DNA from: Eledone cirrhosa
Lineage: Eukaryota
Assembly (NCBI GenBank): GCA_964016885.1
Contig: OZ024751.1
Location: forward strand, 25,482,001 to 25,546,000
Reading direction: 5' to 3'
Length of the DNA: 64,000 nt
The notes beneath the pieces were generated by a model. It saw only the letters and a list, made by a program, of their open reading frames with translations. It was not told the origin of the DNA and did no database searches. Of the stretch, positions 41,306 to 55,665 are shown one piece after another. Both the position numbers and the translations under genes were made by a program. The first letter of the stretch is position 1; the number at the start of each line of letters is the position of its first letter.

Positions 41306-41449
41306 TAGTATATGTTGGTTGTATACCAACACCTCAGTATGCAGGCTGGAGCACTCGACGAAGTGCGCAGGTTGGTTTGGTTACTCCTGAGTAATGTAAA
41401 ATAAAGTTAAATAAAAAGTCAAATGTTTAAAATTTAGCTTCGTTTATTG

Positions 41450-41502
41450 CTGCTATATATATTTCAGTGACAGCCATCTTTGGCTGTGACCTCTTCAGGC
41501 AG
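41450..41502 (-). ncRNA. Minimal hammerhead (family 6), left palindrome arm
   Basis: Reverse complement of 41799-41851. Confidence 0.85.
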
Positions 41503-41798
41503 TCCGAATTAGTGTGGTATAGACAAGTACATATGTTGTTGAGGTGTATAATATTGTCAATACTCTGATATGCCCAGTTCCTGGTTGGGTTGTTATTTCA
41601 CTGAGGAACTGGAATCATATGATTCCAGTTCCTCAGTGAAATAACAACCTATGATTCCAGTTCCTCAGTGAAATAACAACCCATGATTCCAGTTCCTCAG
41701 TGAAATAACAACCCAACCAGGAACTGGGCATATCAGAGTATTGACAATATTATACACCTCAACAACATATGTACTTGTCTATACCACACTAATTCGGA

Positions 41799-41851
41799 CT
41801 GCCTGAAGAGGTCACAGCCAAAGATGGCTGTCACTGAAATATATATAGCAG
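41799..41851 (+). ncRNA. Minimal hammerhead (family 6), right palindrome arm
   Basis: ctgc-CTGAAGA-ggtcacagcca-aaga-tggctgtcact-GAAA-tatata-TA-gcag, then aataaa. Confidence 0.85.
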
Positions 41852-41902
41852 CAATAAACGAAGCTAAATTTTAAACATTTGACTTTTTATTTAACTTTAT
41901 TT

Positions 41903-42014
<112 letters not shown>

Positions 42015-42097
42015 CATATCGACACCATTCTATTTTATTATATTACGTGTACAGATCTACATATATATATATGAAGTAAATATATATATATGTATAA

Positions 42098-42169
<72 letters not shown>

Positions 42170-42287
42170 ATGTGTGTGTAGATATATATTTTAATAAATA
42201 TTTGCTCTAGGGTTCTTATATATTTGATACATATTTATCCTTATCGAGCCCGCTTTCGATTTTAGTCTTCACATGTATTATTATTAC

Positions 42288-42515
<228 letters not shown>

Positions 42516-42552
42516 ATTAAATAAATGGAAACTATATTTATAAAACCATATT

Positions 42553-42618
42553 TATTTCATTATATATATTTCAGGGATATCATATTAACAATATACTATG
42601 CCTTCCTCAGACAAAATA
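42553..42618 (-). ncRNA. Family 3 hammerhead, left palindrome arm
   Basis: Reverse complement of 42772-42837. Confidence 0.8.
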
Positions 42619-42771
42619 CAATATAAACAGTTTTATAGATAAATAGATTTGACATACCGTAACAACATCGACTTGTATTTGAAAAGTTGAACTGCCAATT
42701 CAACTTTTCAAATACAAGTCGATGTTGTTACGGTATGTCAAATCTATTTATCTATAAAACTGTTTATATTG

Positions 42772-42837
42772 TATTTTGTCTGAGGAAGGCATAGCATATT
42801 GTTAATATGATATCCCTGAAATATATATAATGAAATA
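42772..42837 (+). ncRNA. Family 3 hammerhead, right palindrome arm
   Basis: tattttgt-CTGAGGA-aggcat..atccct-GAAA-tatata-TA-atgaaata. Confidence 0.8.
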
Positions 42838-42967
42838 AATATGGTTTTATAAATATAGTTTCCATTTATTTAATATTGTAAATATACTCCAAATATTTGT
42901 CGAGTGCTTTTATATCAGTTATAAATATTTACTAGTTGTAACCCAACAATTTTAAATATAACTTTCC

Positions 42968-43011
<44 letters not shown>

Positions 43012-43039
43012 GTATATACACTTTATTTTAATATTTGAT

Positions 43040-43200
43040 CTGGAAGATTTTTTATAATCTCTCATCGGCGAGATTAATAACCGGATGGTTGCTTTGTCAT
43101 TAATTGTCGTCAAAGCTGTTTCGTCACACATTTTATGACATCCTCAGCGCCTAATTTTCTTTTAATTTTGTGTCCTTCCTTTGCTCTGTCTTACACTATT
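43040..43200 (-). mobile_element. PLE 3' UTR fragment with degenerate hammerhead
   Basis: CTGAGGA-tgtca..tgac-GAAA-cagctt-tgac; homologous to about 61920-62000. Confidence 0.55.
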
Positions 43201-43451
43201 TGTTTTGGGGGATTATAATAATAAATTGTAGTGAAGCCTACCAGATGGATGTGTTTTTGTTGGGAGCATAACCCTACCAAAGTATAACATTTATGGACCC
43301 ACTAATAATGCAGGAAAAGATTTATATATATATACATATGCGTGTGTGTGTGTGCATGTGTGTGTGTGTGTGTGTGTGTGTGAGTGTGTGTGTGTATGTG
43401 TGTGTAGATATATACATAGTATGATAATTGATAATAAATACGAAATTATAA

Positions 43452-43612
43452 TAATTGTTTCTACTTTAGGCACAAGGTCAGCAATTAGCAGTACATTACT
43501 GGTACTTTATTTTATTGACCCCGTAAGGATGAAAGGCAAAGTTAACCTCGGTGGGATTTGAACTCAGAATGGCAAGGGCCGTAACTCTATGCTGTCAAGC
43601 ATGGTGTCCGGA
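43452..43612 (-). mobile_element. SINE
   Basis: Reverse complement of the consensus. Confidence 0.85.
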
Positions 43613-43790
43613 ACTTATTATAATAATTGCTTCTACTTTTGGCACATGGTTCGTAATATGCGATTTGAACTCATAAAGAAAATGAAACCTATACGTAAAT
43701 ATGATATACTTAAACAGCATATCTGAAAGTCAAAGTAAACAAAACTTAATTGTTTATTTATTTTCGTATATATATATATATATATGCATG

Positions 43791-43840
<50 letters not shown>

Positions 43841-43992
43841 TATATATACATATATATATATAAATATATGCATATATATATATACATATATATATGTATA
43901 AATATATGCATATATATATACATATATATAGGTATATATGTATGTATAAGTATATATGTATATATATATAAGTATATGTATATATATGTATA

Positions 43993-44052
<60 letters not shown>

Positions 44053-44100
44053 TATGCATATATATACATATATATAGGTATATATGTATATATATATAAG

Positions 44101-44190
<90 letters not shown>

Positions 44191-44399
44191 AGTTATATAT
44201 TTATATATATATATATTTATATATATATGTCTGTGTGTATATATATGTATATATATATATATATAAGTATATATATATATATATAAATTAATATATATAA
44301 TTATATATATAAGTATATGTATATATATATATAGAACTATATATATATATATATATATATAACTATATATATAACTATATATATATATATATATATATA

Positions 44400-44437
<38 letters not shown>

Positions 44438-44517
44438 TGTGTGTATATATATATGTATATATATATGTAAGTATATATATATATATATAAATAAATATAT
44501 ATAATTATATATATAAG

Positions 44518-44565
<48 letters not shown>

Positions 44566-44618
44566 ATATATATATATATAACTATATATATAACTATATA
44601 TATATATAACTATATATA

Positions 44619-44695
<77 letters not shown>

Positions 44696-44716
44696 ATATA
44701 TATATATATATATATA

Positions 44717-44844
<128 letters not shown>

Positions 44845-44994
44845 TATATATATATATACATATATTTATATAAACAATGAGTTATATCGTTTGTTGATTA
44901 TCATTCAACAAAGTTAATTTTATAACAGATTTGAAGTGTGTGTGTATAAAAACAGATATGAATGTATGTGTGTGTATAAAAATATGTTTATGTC

Positions 44995-45038
<44 letters not shown>

Positions 45039-45288
45039 TTCATATATATGTCAGGTGGTGTGCAACAGATGTAGGTTTCGACCCCTACGTCAGGGTTTCG
45101 TCATGTTATATATATTATATTTATAATGTAATATAATACGCTTATGCCCGAATATAATATAATATTTTACATCGAGAAGAGAAGGGCCCCAGCCTTTAAA
45201 ATGCCCAAGAAACCCTCTACATCTATTCGGCGCTCCTAGAACTCCATCATACATATAATACTATAAATGCATATTCTTATAATATAAT

Positions 45289-45399
45289 TGTTTCTACTTT
45301 AGGCACAAGGCCAGCAATTACTCAGTGCATTACTGGTACTTTATTTTATCGACCCCGTAAGGATGAAAGGCAAAGTTAACCTCGGCGGATTTGAACTCA
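45289..45399 (-). mobile_element. 5'-truncated SINE with about 20-bp TSD
   Basis: gcatatt(c/t)ttataatataat on both sides. Confidence 0.85.
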
Positions 45400-45553
45400 G
45401 CATATTTTTATAATATAATATTGTATATTAAAATCTATTTTAATTTATTATACGGAGTTTGAATACTCTGTGCTGCTGCTAGCTAGGTTTTTCCTTTTAT
45501 CGGGGTATTTTGCCAGATTTTCTAAGTTAGTATCATTTATAGCAACCAAGTGT

Positions 45554-45740
45554 CAGAGCTGTTAACCCTCCCCGCCGGACGAGGGACCACTTTCGGGTGG
45601 GTGAGAGATGTGGTCTCTTCTGAAAATGGGTATAGCTTTGATTATGGAAAATCTCCCGTTTTGTCTCATTTCTCCCCGATTTGGGGCACTTTTTTTTTCA
45701 AGGTACTCCCCGTTTGGGTTTTTAGAGGTTGGCAGATCTG
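45554..45740. mobile_element. MITE with 6-bp TSD
   Basis: TIRs cagagctgttaacc and ggttggcagatctg; AAGTGT at 45548-45553 and 45741-45746. Confidence 0.75.
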
Positions 45741-46259
45741 AAGTGTACTTACAATTATTAGTCTGCATCTAAATGTTCTACTTTTTCTATGGATATAATA
45801 TATTATTTTTACAATATAATCCAATATAATATTATAATATAATATGATATAATATACTATAATATAATATAATATAATATAATATAGTATATTATATTAT
45901 GATATAATATAATATAAATAATATAATATAGTATAATATAATATAATATAGAGTCAGGTAATGGTTTCTAATACAGGCAAAATGTAAAATAACGTGTATA
46001 ACTGGTATAAAATAAAACTTAAGTAACATACCTTAACTGTTGTTCTTGACAAAAGTTTTCTTCGGTGTTATCATGAAAATGCTTGAGAGAGGACTGTCTG
46101 ATGAGGGCTAAATATTGCTTCTTCATATAGTAACTACTTGTAGTTGTAGTGGTGGTGGTAGTTGTAGTGGTGGTGGTAGTTGCTGGTTGTGGCTTTACAA
46201 CATGCCTTTGTTTTGTGGGGGAGGAGATGTAGTAGGAGTAGTAGGATTAGTGGGTGGAG

Positions 46260-47600
46260 CTGCTGGAGGAGGTGGTGGTGGTGGTGGTGGTGGTGGTGGT
46301 GGTGGTGGTGGTGGTTGAGGTGGTGATAGCAGTAAATAGTAGCGATAGTGGTGGTGGTGGTGGTGGTGGCGGTGGTGGTGTTGGTGGTGGTTGAGGTGGT
46401 GATAGCAGTAAATAGTAGCGATAGTGGTGGTGGTGGTGGTGGTGGCGGTGGTGGTGGTGGTGGTGTTGGTGGTGGTTGAGGTGGTGATAGCAGTAAATAG
46501 TAGCGATAGTGGTGGTGGTGGTGGTGGTGGTGGTGGTGGTGTTGGTGGTGGTTGAGGTGGTGATAGCAGCAAATAGTAGCGATAGTGGTGGTGGTGGTGG
46601 TGGTGGTGGTGGCGGTAGTTGTATAGAAGTTACAGTGGTGTCAGTGTTGTTGGTATGATGTTGGTAGTGATAGAGGTGGTAGGTTCTTTTGGTGGTGGTG
46701 GTGGTGGTGGTGGTGGGTGGTGGTGGTGATATTTGTGGTAGTGGTGTAGGTGGTGGTAGTGATGGTGGTGGTGTAGATGGTTGGTGGTCTAGGTGGTAAT
46801 ATTTGTGGTGGTGCTGTAGCTGGTGGTAGTTGTGGTAGTGGTATAGGTGGTGGTAGTTGTTGTAGTGGTATAGGAGGTGGTAGTTGTGGTAGTGGTATAG
46901 GTGGTGGTAGTTGTTGTAGTGGTATAGGTTGTGGAAGTTGTGGTAGTGGTATAGGTTGTGGTAGTTGTGGTAGTGGTATAGGAGGTGGTAGTTGCGGTAG
47001 TGTGGTAGTTGTGATAGTGGTATAGGTGGTGGTAGTTGTGGTAGTGGTATAGGTTGTGGAAGTTGTGATAGTGGTGTAGGTGGTGGTAGTGGTATAGGTG
47101 GTGGCAGTTGTGGTAGTGGTAGTTGTGGTAGTGGTGGAAGTAGTGTAGGTGGTGGTAGTTGTGCTGTGGTGTAGGTGGTGGTAGTGGTGTAGGTGGTGGT
47201 AGTTGTGGTAGTTGTGGTAGTTGTGGTAGTTGTGGTAGTGGTAGAGGTGTAGGTGGTGGTAGTTGTTGTAGTGGTAGTTGTGGTAGTTGTGGTAGTGGTA
47301 GTTGTGGTAGTGGTGGTAGTGGTGTAGGAGGTGGTAGAGGTGTAGGTGGTGGTAGTTATGATAGTGGTGTAGGTGGTGGTAGTGGTGTAGGTAGTGGTAG
47401 TTGTGGTAGTGGTGGTAGTGGTGTAGGTGGTGGTAGTTGTACTAGTTGTGGTAGTGGTAGTTGTGGTAGTTGTGGTAGTTGTGGTAGTGGTAGTGGTGGT
47501 AGTTGTGGTAGTGGTAGTTGTGGTAGTGGTGGTAGTGGTAGTTGTGGTAGTGGTGGTAGTGGTAGTTGTGGTAGTGGTGGTAGTGGTGTAGGTGGTGGTG
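46260..47600. repeat. (GGT/AGT/TGT)n low-complexity array
   Basis: Direct inspection. Confidence 0.9.
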
Positions 47601-48645
47601 AAGCGGGTTTGTTAATATTTTGCTTGTTTTATGTTTCTGTGTGTGCGTGTGTGTGTCCATGCGTGTGAATGTGTGTGTGAGCGTGCATGTGTGTATGTGT
47701 GTATGAGCGTTCATGTGTGTACGTGTGTATGAGCGTTCATGTGTGTACGTGTGTATGAGGCTGCATGTGTGTATGTGTATATGAGCGTGCATGTGTGTGT
47801 GTGTATGAGCGTGCATGTTTGTGTGTGCGTATGAGCGTGCACGTGTGTGTGTGCGTTGCATGTGTGTGTGTGTGTGCAAGGTTAGTTTTTACTCTTGACT
47901 TTACCCCTCCCCCACAACCTGACATATTCTGCACCTCCCCCCTCCACCTCAGTCTCATACTCCTACACTTACTCTTTCCTCATTTCTCTCTCCCCCTCCT
48001 TCTATCATCACCTCCCACTTTTATCTATTCCCCCTCCGTCTCCACTTCTTTCCCCCTTTTGTCCAACTGATGTACCTCCCCCACCCCCTCCCTCCTACAC
48101 CTACTTCTTTTCACCTTCTACTCCGCCCCTTCCCCCCCTTCTCCCCCTCTCTCTCTTCGCAACACTCCCCCCTCTACTCCTTCTTTGCCGCCTCTTTTTC
48201 GTTTTCTTTCTCAATCCACAATTCTTTTTAACTCTTTCCAACTCTTAAAATTAAACCTCTCTCTTTCTCCCCCTCACTCTCTCTCATATTCCCTCTCTCC
48301 CCCCTCACTCTCTCTCACATTCCCTCTCTCCCCCTCACTCTCTCCCTCACACCCCCCACTCTCTCTCACATCCCCTCTTTCCCCCCACACTCTCTCTCTC
48401 ACATCATCTCTCTCCGTGACTTTCTATCTCTTATTCTTCTCCCCAAATCTGTTTTTATCTATCTATCTCTCTGTCTATCTCTCTCTCTATCTCTCTATCT
48501 CTCTATCTATCTATCTCTCTATCTACCTATCTATCTCTCTATCTCTCTATCTCTCTATCTATGTATCTCTCTATCTATCTATCTCTCTATCTACCTATCT
48601 ATCTATCTCTCTATCTATCTATCTCTCTCTCTCTCTCTCTCTCTC

Positions 48646-48689
<44 letters not shown>

Positions 48690-48842
48690 TCACTCTATCT
48701 CTCTCTCTCTATCTATCTCACTCTATCTCTCTCTCTCTCTCTTCTTCTCTCTCTCTCTAACTATCTATCTAACTATTTATCCCACGCGCAATATATGCAT
48801 TTCTCTGTACATCTAACTATATAAATGTACATCTCATTATAT

Positions 48843-48968
48843 TTGGCAGTATCGGTAGAGGGTCGGACGCCATGCTTTCTAGCATAGAGTTACGGCCCTT
48901 GCCATTCTGAGTTCGAATCCCACCGAGGTTAACTTTGCCTTTCATCCTTATGGGGTCGATAAAATAAT
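48843..48968 (+). mobile_element. SINE, 3'-deleted
   Basis: A box, B box and body. Confidence 0.85.
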
Positions 48969-49416
48969 GCACTCGGATAATTGTTGATATATATATATAT
49001 ATATATACATACATATATATTATATATATATATTATATATATATATTATATATATATATTATATATATATATTATATATATATATTATATATATATATTA
49101 TATATATATTGTATATATATATTATATATATGTATATTATATATATATATTATATATATATATTATATATATATATATTATATATATATATTGTATATAT
49201 ATATTATATATATAATATATATTATATATATATATTGTATATATATATTATATATATATATATTATATATATATATTGTATATATATATTATATATATAT
49301 ATATTATATATATATATTATATATATATATTATATATATATATATTATATATATATATTGTATATATATATTATATATATATATATTATATATATATATT
49401 GTATATATATATTATA

Positions 49417-49455
<39 letters not shown>

Positions 49456-49514
49456 TGTATCTCACTATATACCTCTCCATCAGTAAATGCCAGCCTCATT
49501 CTCACTCGCTCTCT

Positions 49515-49570
<56 letters not shown>

Positions 49571-49579
49571 CTCTCTCTC

Positions 49580-50270
49580 CATCTCTCTCTACTTATTCAC
49601 CTCTCTCTCTCCTTCTCTCTCTACTTATTCACCTCTCTCTCTCCATCTCTCTCTACTTATTCACCTCTCTCTCTCCTTCTCTCTCTACTTATTCACCTCT
49701 CTCTCTCCTTCTCTCTCTACTTATTCACCTCTCTCTCTCCTTCTCTCTCTACTTATTCACCTCTCTCTCTCCTTCTCTCTCTACTTATTCACCTCTCTCT
49801 CTCCTTCTCTCTCTACTTATTCACCTCTCTCTCTCCTTCTCTCTCTACTTATTCACCTCTCTCTCTCCTTCTCTCTCTACTTATTCACCTCTCTCTCTCC
49901 ATCTCTCTCTACTTATTCACCTCTCTCTCTCCTTCTCTCTCTACTTATTCACCTCTCTCTCTCCTTCTCTCTCTACTTATTCACCTCTCTCTCTCCTTCT
50001 CTCTCTACTTATTCACCTCTCTCTCTCCTTCTCTCTCTACTTATTCACCTGTCTCTCTTCTTCTCTCTACTTATTCACCTCTCTCTCTCTCTCCTTCTCT
50101 CTCCTTATTCACCTCTCTCTCTCCTTCTCTCTCCTTATTCACCTCTCTCCTCTCTCCTTCTCTCTCTCCTTATTCACCTCTCTCTCTTCTTATCTCTCCT
50201 TATTCACCTCTCTCTCTCTCTCCTTCTCTCTCCTTATTCACCTCTCTCCTCTCACTCTCTCTCCTTATTC
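49580..50270. repeat. 32-bp pyrimidine-rich minisatellite
   Basis: ctacttattcacctctctctctccttctctct units. Confidence 0.93.
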
Positions 50271-50344
50271 ATCTCTCACAATCCTCACTCTATCCCACTT
50301 GGATCTGTCATTCACTTTCTATCTCTCACATTCTCTCGTTCCCT

Positions 50345-50395
<51 letters not shown>

Positions 50396-50399
50396 TCGT

Positions 50400-50443
<44 letters not shown>

Positions 50444-50544
50444 TACACACACACATACATATAGATATACACAGATACACTTTTTCTCACACTGTCTCTT
50501 ACCGCCTACCTACACACTCTACCTTCCTCTGTTTCAGCTCTTTA

Positions 50545-50609
<65 letters not shown>

Positions 50610-50930
50610 TTCTCTCTCTTTCTTTTATTTTTATATATTTTATAATCGGTAAACATTATCATTGTTGCAGTTGCAGTTGTTGTTGTTGTTGTTGTTCTTG
50701 CAGTTGTTGTTGTATTTTATATATTTGCCGTTATTGTTGATGTTGCTGTTGTTATTGTTGCTGATTGTCATCTATACCATCTGTTGTTGCTGTTGTTGTT
50801 ATTGTTGCTGTGGTTTTCTATGTAATTGTCACTGTTGTTGCTGTTGTTGTTGTTGTCATTGATGTTATGGCTGATGTAGATCTTTCTCTATAGTGTGCTG
50901 CTGCTGCTGCTTGCTGCTGCTGCTGCTGTT

Positions 50931-50965
<35 letters not shown>

Positions 50966-51096
50966 CATTGCCGTGTTTACTCTAGTTGTTGTTGTTGTTG
51001 TAGTCAACGACACTATGGATAGTTGCTGCTATAGGTGTTGTTGTTGTTGTTGTAGTCAACAACACTATGGATAGTTGCTGCTATAGTTGGTGTTGA

Positions 51097-51129
<33 letters not shown>

Positions 51130-51276
51130 CACCTCTACTAAGTATCAACTCTACTACTACTCTTCTTATTATGTTGCTTGTGTTGTTGTTGCAGTCGTTG
51201 GTGGAAGGGTCACCTGTAGTATGTATAGTCGCTTTCTTTATATTATCATTATTATTACTATTATTATTAACATGTT

Positions 51277-51461
51277 GAATTGGCAGTACGGGTAGAGGGG
51301 CGGGTGCTATGCTTTGTAGCATAGAGTTACGGCCCTTGCCATTCTGAGTTCGAATCCCGCTGGGGTTTACTTTGCCTTTCATCCTTACGAGGTCGATAAA
51401 ATAAAGTACCAGTAATACACTGGAGTAATTGCTGGCCTTGTGCCAAAAAGTAGAAACAATT
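51277..51461 (+). mobile_element. SINE
   Basis: A and B boxes and full body. Confidence 0.88.
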
Positions 51462-51467
51462 GTTATT

Positions 51468-51848
51468 AACCTGTTGTTGTTGTTGTTGTTACCTGTACAA
51501 AGTATTGTCATTACTGTTGTTGTTGTTGTTGTTGTTACCTGTACAAAGTATTGTCATTACTGTTGTTGTTGTTGTTGTTACCTGTACAAAGTATTGTCAT
51601 TACTGTTGTTGTTGTTGTTGTTACCTGTACAAAGTATTGTCATTACTGTTGTTGTTGTTGTTGTTACCTGTACAAAGTATTGTCATTACTGTTGTTGTTG
51701 TTGCTGTTACCTGTACAAAGTATTGTCATTACTGTTGTTGTTGTTGTTGTTGTTGTTACCTGTACAAAGTATTGTCATTACTATTGTTGTTGTTGTTGTT
51801 GTTGTTACCTGTACAAAGTATTGTCATTACTGTTGTTGTTGTTGTTAC
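51468..51848. repeat. Minisatellite: 24-bp core x8 separated by variable (TGT)n
   Basis: acctgtacaaagtattgtcattac plus (tgt)n. Confidence 0.92.
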
Positions 51849-52538
51849 ATCGTCGCCATTGCTGATGTTATTGTTGCTGTAACATTGCTGCTGTTGTTTG
51901 TTTGTTGTTGTTGTTGTTGTTATTGCCTTTACTTTGTCTAGTTCAACTTTCACTTTTACTTTCACTTTCACTTTCACTATGGCTTTCATCGTCTTTCTTT
52001 TGTTCTTACCGCTCCTGTCTATTTACTGACACCTTTTAACCCTAGGTCAACTTTATTTGAGCAGAATATTAACAAATATTCCAACTAGGATCATCCCTTT
52101 TTCTTATAGGTGGGAGGGGTGGTGGTGGATTAGGGGGAATAACTATGATTAACTTATGCAATAGGTCCTTCCTTTGTGTAATACGCTATAGTGTCATATC
52201 AGATAGATTTTACTGTTGTTTCTAGCAGACTTCATGAGCACATTAAGTCGTATTACTGCCGTAGTGAAGGTGGCTGTCAACGATAGTGCTGCTGCTTCTT
52301 CTTCTCGTTGGTGTTGTTGTATCTCTACCATGCTTGTTCTTATTGTTATAGGCGCACTCTTAATAGTAGTAGTAGTAGAATTAGTAGTGGTAGTAGTAGT
52401 AGTGGTGGTGGTGGTGGTGGTGGTGGTGTTGGTGGTGTTAGTAGTAGTAGTAGTAGTAGAAGTGGTGGTGGTGGTGGTGGTGGTGGTGGTGGTGGTGGTG
52501 GTGGTGTTAGTAGTAGTAGTAGTGGTGGTGGTGGTGGT

Positions 52539-52591
<53 letters not shown>

Positions 52592-52616
52592 AGTGGTGGT
52601 GGTGGTGTAGCGGTGT

Positions 52617-52665
<49 letters not shown>

Positions 52666-53719
52666 TATTGTTGTTTTCGTAGTAATTGCTGTGGCAGCTG
52701 ATATGATGTAGTTGATAGTGTTACTGGTGTTGTTACTACAGCTGTGCTACTGTTGTTGTCACTGTTGTTGCTATTGTTGTTGCTACTGCTGCTGTTGTTC
52801 CTACTGCTGCTGTTGTTGCTATTGTTGTTGCTATTGCTGTTGTTGTTGCTACTGCTGTTGTCGGTATTATTGTTGCTACTGTTGGTGGTGGTGGTGGTGG
52901 TGCTACTGTTGTGCTACTCTTGTTGTTGCTACTGTTGTTGCTACTGCTGTTGTTGTTGTTGGTGCTACTGCTGTTGTTGTTGGTGCTACTGTTGTTGCTA
53001 CTGTTGTTGTTGCTACTTGTGTTGCTATTGTTGTTGCTACTGATGTTGTTGTTGTTGGTGCTACTGTTGTTGTTGCTACTGTTGGTGCTACTGCTGTTGT
53101 TGTTGTTGTTGGTGCTACTGTTGTTGTTGCTATTGTTGTTGTTAGAGTTGTTGTTACTGTTGTTGTAACTATTGCTGTTACTAATGTTGTTGTTGCTACT
53201 GTTTTTAATACTGTTGTTACTGTTATTGTTGCTACTGTTGTTGTTATTGTTGTTGTTAGTGTCGTTATTGTTGCTACTGTTACTGTTGCTAATGTTGTTG
53301 TTATTGATTTTGCATTAGTGGTGGTGGTGGTGGTGGTTTTGGTGGTGGTTCTGGCGGTGGTGATGATGTTGGGAGTGGTGGGTGGTGGTGGTTTTTGTGG
53401 TGGTGGGTGGTAGTGGTGGTGGTGATGATGTTTTGGGAGTGGTGGTGGTGGTGGTGGTGCACTTGGTTGTGGGGATGATGTTGGGAGTGGTGGTCGTCGT
53501 GGTGGTGATGATGTTGGGAGTGGTGGTGGTGGTGGTGGTGGTGGTGGTGGTAGTGGTGGTGGTGGTGGTGGTGGTGGTGGTGATGATGTTGGGAGTGGTG
53601 GTGGTGGTGGTGCACTTGGTGGTGGTGCTGCTGCTGATGATGATGTTGAGATTGTTCAACTTAGAATGTCAAGACTCTCAGCTAATAAAGATATATTTGA
53701 CAATAAGGTAGAATACTAT

Positions 53720-53825
53720 AATTGTTTCTACTTTAGGCACAAGGCCAGCAATTACCCAGTGCATTACTGGTACTTTATTTTATCGACCCTGTAAGGATGA
53801 AAGTCAAAGTTAACCTCGGCGGGAT
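53720..53825 (-). mobile_element. 5'-truncated SINE
   Basis: Reverse complement of the 3' half. Confidence 0.85.
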
Positions 53826-53924
53826 AATGAGGCCCTACACAGAGCAGAATACACTAACACAATTAATTACATAGATAAGGATAATTTTACCCTATATTAT
53901 TAAACAAATAATTCATATAATAAT

Positions 53925-54143
53925 GGTTTCTTATATAAGCACAAGGCCAGCAATTTGGGGAAGGGGAAAGTCGATTATATCAACCCCAGTGCGTGACTGG
54001 TACTTTATTTTATCGACCCAGTAAGGATGAAAGGCAAAGTTAACCTCGACGGGATTTGAACCTCAGATCATAAAGGGCCGTAACTCTATGCTGCAAAGCA
54101 TGACGTCCGACCCTCTACTGTTACTGCCAATTCATCGCCTTTT
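53925..54143 (-). mobile_element. Full-length SINE (longer subfamily) with 18-bp TSD
   Basis: aataattcatataataat at 53907-53924 and 54144-54161. Confidence 0.88.
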
Positions 54144-54459
54144 AATAATTCATATAATAATAACATAATTAAACCTCATAACCAGCATGACCTACATATA
54201 AGTATGTGTCTCTGTCCAAATCATCGGTATTTCGATGATTTGATCAGAGACACACACTGTATTTAAGGTCAAGTGACGCAACTTCGAGTGATTAGCGACC
54301 TTTAGACTCACCTGATTAATGAAACAATTGTTAATACTGTAAATAAAACCCTTTTTGTACAGCCGACCATATTATTCTTCACTATTTCACTATATATATA
54401 TATATATATATAATAAAATAACAGGAGGCTGGACTGGTGTAATACCTTAAAAGTTTATT

Positions 54460-54517
54460 ATACTATGAACATTTCAATGACCGGATTCATTTTGAATCCG
54501 GTGACATCATCAGGTAT
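54460..54517 (-). ncRNA. Minimal hammerhead (family 7)
   Basis: Minus strand: atac-CTGATGA-tgtcaccggattca-aaa-tgaatccggtcatt-GAAA-tgttca-TA-gtat, then aataaa. Fragment bounded by (TA)n. Confidence 0.8.
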
Positions 54518-54717
54518 TCGAATTTTAACAAAGAAATATAATCCATGGGGCTGAAAAGGCAGAGAGACAAGAAGGCGGCCACACATTTACCAGTTTCTAG
54601 TTCGGTCGGCCTATATATATATATATATCCCCTTTGTAATAATATATTACCCTCTAACGGTCTTTTCTCTGACCAATCTAATTACGCTATTTTTTTAAAA
54701 CATTTCTAGCGTCTGTC

Positions 54718-54860
54718 TTAACGGCCCTTCGGCCCTTGCTATTCTGAGTTCAAATCCCGCCGAGGTTAACTTTTCCTTTCATCCTTACGGGGTCGATTAA
54801 ATAAAGTACCAGTAATGTACTGGGTAATTTCTGGCCTTGTGCCAATAGTAGAAACAATTA
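54718..54860 (+). mobile_element. 5'-truncated SINE
   Basis: B box to 3' end. Confidence 0.85.
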
Positions 54861-54980
54861 TTTGTTTATTTTCTTTCCCAATTAATTTACATCCTACGAA
54901 ATTTTTAATCACATGTCCATTCTAAGTTGACCGCATGAGGTCTATTTTATGGGTATGTCTATCTTATACATCAAATATTG

Positions 54981-55040
54981 TATTTTGTCTGAAGAGGGTA
55001 TACTATAAATTAGTATCCTTGAAATATATATAACGAAATA
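54981..55040 (+). ncRNA. Family 3 hammerhead (variant helix II)
   Basis: tattttgt-CTGAAGA-gggtatacta-taaat-tagtatcctt-GAAA-tatata-TA-acgaaata. Confidence 0.8.
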
Positions 55041-55582
55041 AATATGTTTTACTGATATATTTTCCATTTATTATTATTATTAATATTGTTATTATTTTCT
55101 TTCATTATTGTTTCTGAGGTACATGCCGAGTGTCTTCCTGACACCTAGGGCAAATAAATTCACAGTGTGCATTAGTAAGCCAGTTAATACAGCACATTGA
55201 TTATAGTTTTTTAAAAAAGTAAAATACAACACAGGAGTACAAGTTACAAAAAGTGTTAGGTTCACGCTTATTGAGAGTGGGTTGTGTGGGTGCAACATTT
55301 CGGGCTTACGCCCTTCAGCAGGAGAGTGGTGGGAAGGAGAAGTATGAACTGCGAGAGGAAGTGTGGGGGAGGGGTAGTGGAGGAAGAATAACAATAAACT
55401 ATATATAATAAAATAAAAATTGAAATCCCCAATGGGGGGGGGGGCATTACTCCAGGGTTGTTTTACACCCCGTGGATAGAACAACCCTCAACACCAGGAA
55501 CACGTTTTGTAGGTGTTCCCGTCTTCCCTCTGTTCATCTTCCTCAACCTACAGGTTAATATAGATAGATAGATAGAGAGAGA

Positions 55583-55665
<83 letters not shown>

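Noticed and set aside
45075-45118. ATGACGA..GAAA on the minus strand
   Set aside because: Core mutated and helices I and III not convincing.
46095-46130. CTGATGA followed by a weak stem
   Set aside because: No GAAA; likely chance.
46777-47668. Gly/Ser/Cys-rich keratin-like ORFs
   Set aside because: Low-complexity (GGT/AGT/TGT)n with frame breaks and stops.
48981-50652. 554-aa and 458-aa ORFs
   Set aside because: Span (TA)n and (CT)n-type repeats that lack stop codons.
51468-51848. 24-bp constant repeat with variable-length spacers
   Set aside because: The spacers are only (TGT)n, so this is a compound minisatellite, not CRISPR.
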